Positions 61,887 through 64,000 of a DNA stretch of 64,000 nucleotides are shown piece by piece. The position numbers were made by a program, and so were the translations under genes. Source of the stretch: SAR202 cluster bacterium AC-409-J13_OGT_754m (lineage in GTDB: Bacteria > Chloroflexota > Dehalococcoidia > Lucifugimonadales > GCA-2712585); NCBI GenBank assembly GCA_009391235.1, contig VEXD01000003.1, positions 17,631 through 81,630 on the forward strand. Direction: 5' to 3'. The first letter of the stretch is position 1. Each line of letters opens with the position of its first letter. A model generated the notes under the pieces. The model was not told the origin of the DNA and searched no databases. It worked only from the letters and a program-made list of their open reading frames with translations.

Positions 61887-63038
61887 TTAAGCACTTTTTT
61901 CAATATCAATATCGAAATTGTAGGTCTCACCAGATACTGTTGCTTTCAATATCCTGCGGGTTTGCAAGCTAATACCCTTGATATCTTCTTTAGTAGATAT
62001 TTGGATCCCTTGCCCATCAAATACTTCGAAATGCTCTCCTTCAGCAGTTATCCTCATGCCCAATCCGGAATTCTTTTTTTCTTCTCTACTGCCAATAGCT
62101 GACTCTTTTATTTCTCTGATTCCTTTTTCCCAATCTCTCATGGCATGTAGTGCATCAGTATAATCGGTGGCAACAAAATTGATTTGATCACCTGGTAGCG
62201 ATTGAGCAATTTTCCAAATATCTGCGGTAATAACAACCCCTATTTTGGTATATCCTCCGGTTACACCTCTATCAGCCATTAATATTAATGGCTGACCATT
62301 TCCACTGACCTGGATCGCACCAAAAGGTATACCGTCTGATAGTATATCTGCACCGTCTTTATGCTCTATAGCAGGACCCTCTAATCTGTACCCTACGCGA
62401 TCTGAAAGCTGACTGACCGTATAAGTAGAAGATAAAAACGTGGTTATCCCATTTTCAGTAAATGCATCATCTTGAGGTCCCAGCAAAATTCTCACCTTAG
62501 GATTTTCATGTATCACCGGAATATATTCTATAGGTACTGCTGTTCCTACAGGTGATGCAAATGATTCCCTGTTAGAGCCTGCAAGGAGATCGCCTTTTTT
62601 CAATGAACGCCCATCCATGCCACCCAACCTTGCTCCCATATATGTGGATCGGCTACCCATAACCAAAGGTATATCAATGCCACCAGGCACCCCTAGGTAT
62701 GTCCTTGTCCCTCTAAGGGGTCCATCAAAGGTTAGTATTCCATTGGCGGGCACCTTTAATACTTTCCAAGTCTCAACAGAACTCCCATTAATCCTGGGAG
62801 CCAAATCCGCTCCTGCTAAGGCGATAACGGAATCATTCTTAAATCTTAATTTCGGACCAATTAATGTGATTTCGAGCACAGCAGCTTGTTCATCATTACA
62901 TAATAGGCTATTCACTATTCTAGAAGCATACATGTCCATAGCTCCGGAAACCGGAACGCCAAATCGTTGATGATAACGCCTACCTAAATCTTGTACTGTT
63001 GTGAGAAGACCGGGTTCCAAAACTTCAAATTCCGTCAT
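61887..63038 (-). CDS. pxpC: 5-oxoprolinase subunit C-like (AHS2) with C-terminal extension
   Basis: PGLLTTVQDLGR, GVP.SGAMD, GSRST, DRVGYRL, GAIQV, TGGY.KI. Confidence 0.85.
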   Translation of the reverse strand: MTEFEVLEPGLLTTVQDLGRRYHQRFGVPVSGAMDMYASRIVNSLLCNDEQAAVLEITLIGPKLRFKNDSVIALAGADLAPRINGSSVETWKVLKVPANGILTFDGPLRGTRTYLGVPGGIDIPLVMGSRSTYMGARLGGMDGRSLKKGDLLAGSNRESFASPVGTAVPIEYIPVIHENPKVRILLGPQDDAFTENGITTFLSSTYTVSQLSDRVGYRLEGPAIEHKDGADILSDGIPFGAIQVSGNGQPLILMADRGVTGGYTKIGVVITADIWKIAQSLPGDQINFVATDYTDALHAMRDWEKGIREIKESAIGSREEKKNSGLGMRITAEGEHFEVFDGQGIQISTKEDIKGISLQTRRILKATVSGETYNFDIDIEKSA

Positions 63039-63072
63039 GATCTATCCCTTTCAGATTTGTTAACTCCCCAAT

Positions 63073-63777
63073 CTAATTACCCCTATTCGAGTTTTGCAAA
63101 CTATCAAATGTTTCCTGATCAATTGGCACGAACTGCACTTGGTCTCCAGGTCGCAATAGAGCAGGCGGATAAGTTTCTGGGTCAAAAAGTCTTATAGGAG
63201 TTTGTCCTATTAATCTCCAACCACCTGGAGAAGCATTAGGGTATATTCCTGTCTGTTTCTCTGCTATACCTACCGAGCCAGCAGGAATAACTGTTCTCGG
63301 GGAAGATAATCTAGGGGTTTCGATAGATTTAGGCATTCCGCCTAAATAAGGAAACCCAGGAGAAAAGCCCAACATATAAACTCGATATTCTGCTCCTGAA
63401 TGTATTTTTATAACTTCGTCTATCGAAATACCATTATGTTCTGCAACAAATACTAAGTCCGGGCCCATTTCGCCTCCATACAAAGTTGGAATCTTTACCA
63501 TTCTTGATTGCTCGTTGGAGGAATCATTATCAACTCCTTTAATCCCCTTCAAATCCTTTACCAATTCATCGAAACTATTAACCAATGGATCATAATAAAT
63601 CATCAAAGAGCGGTAAGAAGGGACCATATCTAAAACCCCTTGAGGACGCATATTCTCAATATTCAACATCAGGTGATTAACTAGATTATTAGTCTTAGAA
63701 TTAATAGAATCTCCAAATTCGACAACTAGGGCACTATCCCCAGCAGAAAGATATCTTGGACTATCGTACAAGTTCAT
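63073..63777 (-). CDS. pxpB: 5-oxoprolinase subunit B-like (AHS1)
   Basis: GD.AL.VEF, VPSYRS, YGG..GPDL, GFSPGFPYL, SPGGW.LIG.TP. Confidence 0.9.
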   Translation of the reverse strand: MNLYDSPRYLSAGDSALVVEFGDSINSKTNNLVNHLMLNIENMRPQGVLDMVPSYRSLMIYYDPLVNSFDELVKDLKGIKGVDNDSSNEQSRMVKIPTLYGGEMGPDLVFVAEHNGISIDEVIKIHSGAEYRVYMLGFSPGFPYLGGMPKSIETPRLSSPRTVIPAGSVGIAEKQTGIYPNASPGGWRLIGQTPIRLFDPETYPPALLRPGDQVQFVPIDQETFDSLQNSNRGN

Positions 63778-64000
63778 TAAGAAACCACATCCATCATAGG
63801 TTTAATTTCAACTCCCGCTTTTTCCAATCCTGCCTTCACTGCCTTTGCTATATCAAGAGCACCAGGGGTATCACCATGAAGACAAATACTATCCGCATGT
63901 ATTATGAGTTCTTCACCTGTAATAGCAATGACCTTATTTTCGGTTATCATTTTAACACTTCTTTCTACTACCGAACCCACGTCGTGAATTACAGCACCTG
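63777..64000 (-). CDS. pxpA: 5-oxoprolinase subunit A (LamB/YcsF), 3' end only
   Basis: ADSICLHGDTPGA; open to the window edge. Confidence 0.88.
   Translation of the reverse strand, partial: GAVIHDVGSVVERSVKMITENKVIAITGEELIIHADSICLHGDTPGALDIAKAVKAGLEKAGVEIKPMMDVVS

Overview
Chromosomal window, roughly 40% GC by eye. Gene content and protein style suggest a Chloroflexota, Dehalococcoidia/SAR202-like bacterium (inference, no database used). In order: (1) a sigma70 promoter, SAM-I riboswitch and terminator leading an operon mtnA-mtnP-rhodanese-pfkB-ahcY-metK that runs directly into three genes for a Co-type nitrile-hydratase-family enzyme in thiocyanate-hydrolase (scnBAC-like) arrangement; (2) a ThDP enzyme, phosphohexomutase and PGI/PMI; (3) the str-S10-spc-alpha-truA-rplM-rpsI ribosomal supercluster on the minus strand, without tuf and with long low-complexity extensions on L4, L5 and S17, two of which share a near-identical 24-nt repeat; (4) trpS-trpEGDCFB without trpA; (5) fumC, sortase, htpX, epimerase, trxB, HesB-like, RidA, recF and an arylsulfotransferase; (6) a thioredoxin-fold lipoprotein split in the ORF track by an in-frame UGA in a UxxC motif with a SECIS-like hairpin (probable selenoprotein); (7) tRNA-Gln and tRNA-Glu, ilvBNC, and catabolic genes (M19 dipeptidase, class III aminotransferase, ABM, CoA-transferase, lhgO, Ldh2, pxpCBA). 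No rRNA, CRISPR array or mobile element was seen. The best candidates for new biology are the SAM-riboswitch-linked thiocyanate/nitrile hydrolase module and the selenoprotein.
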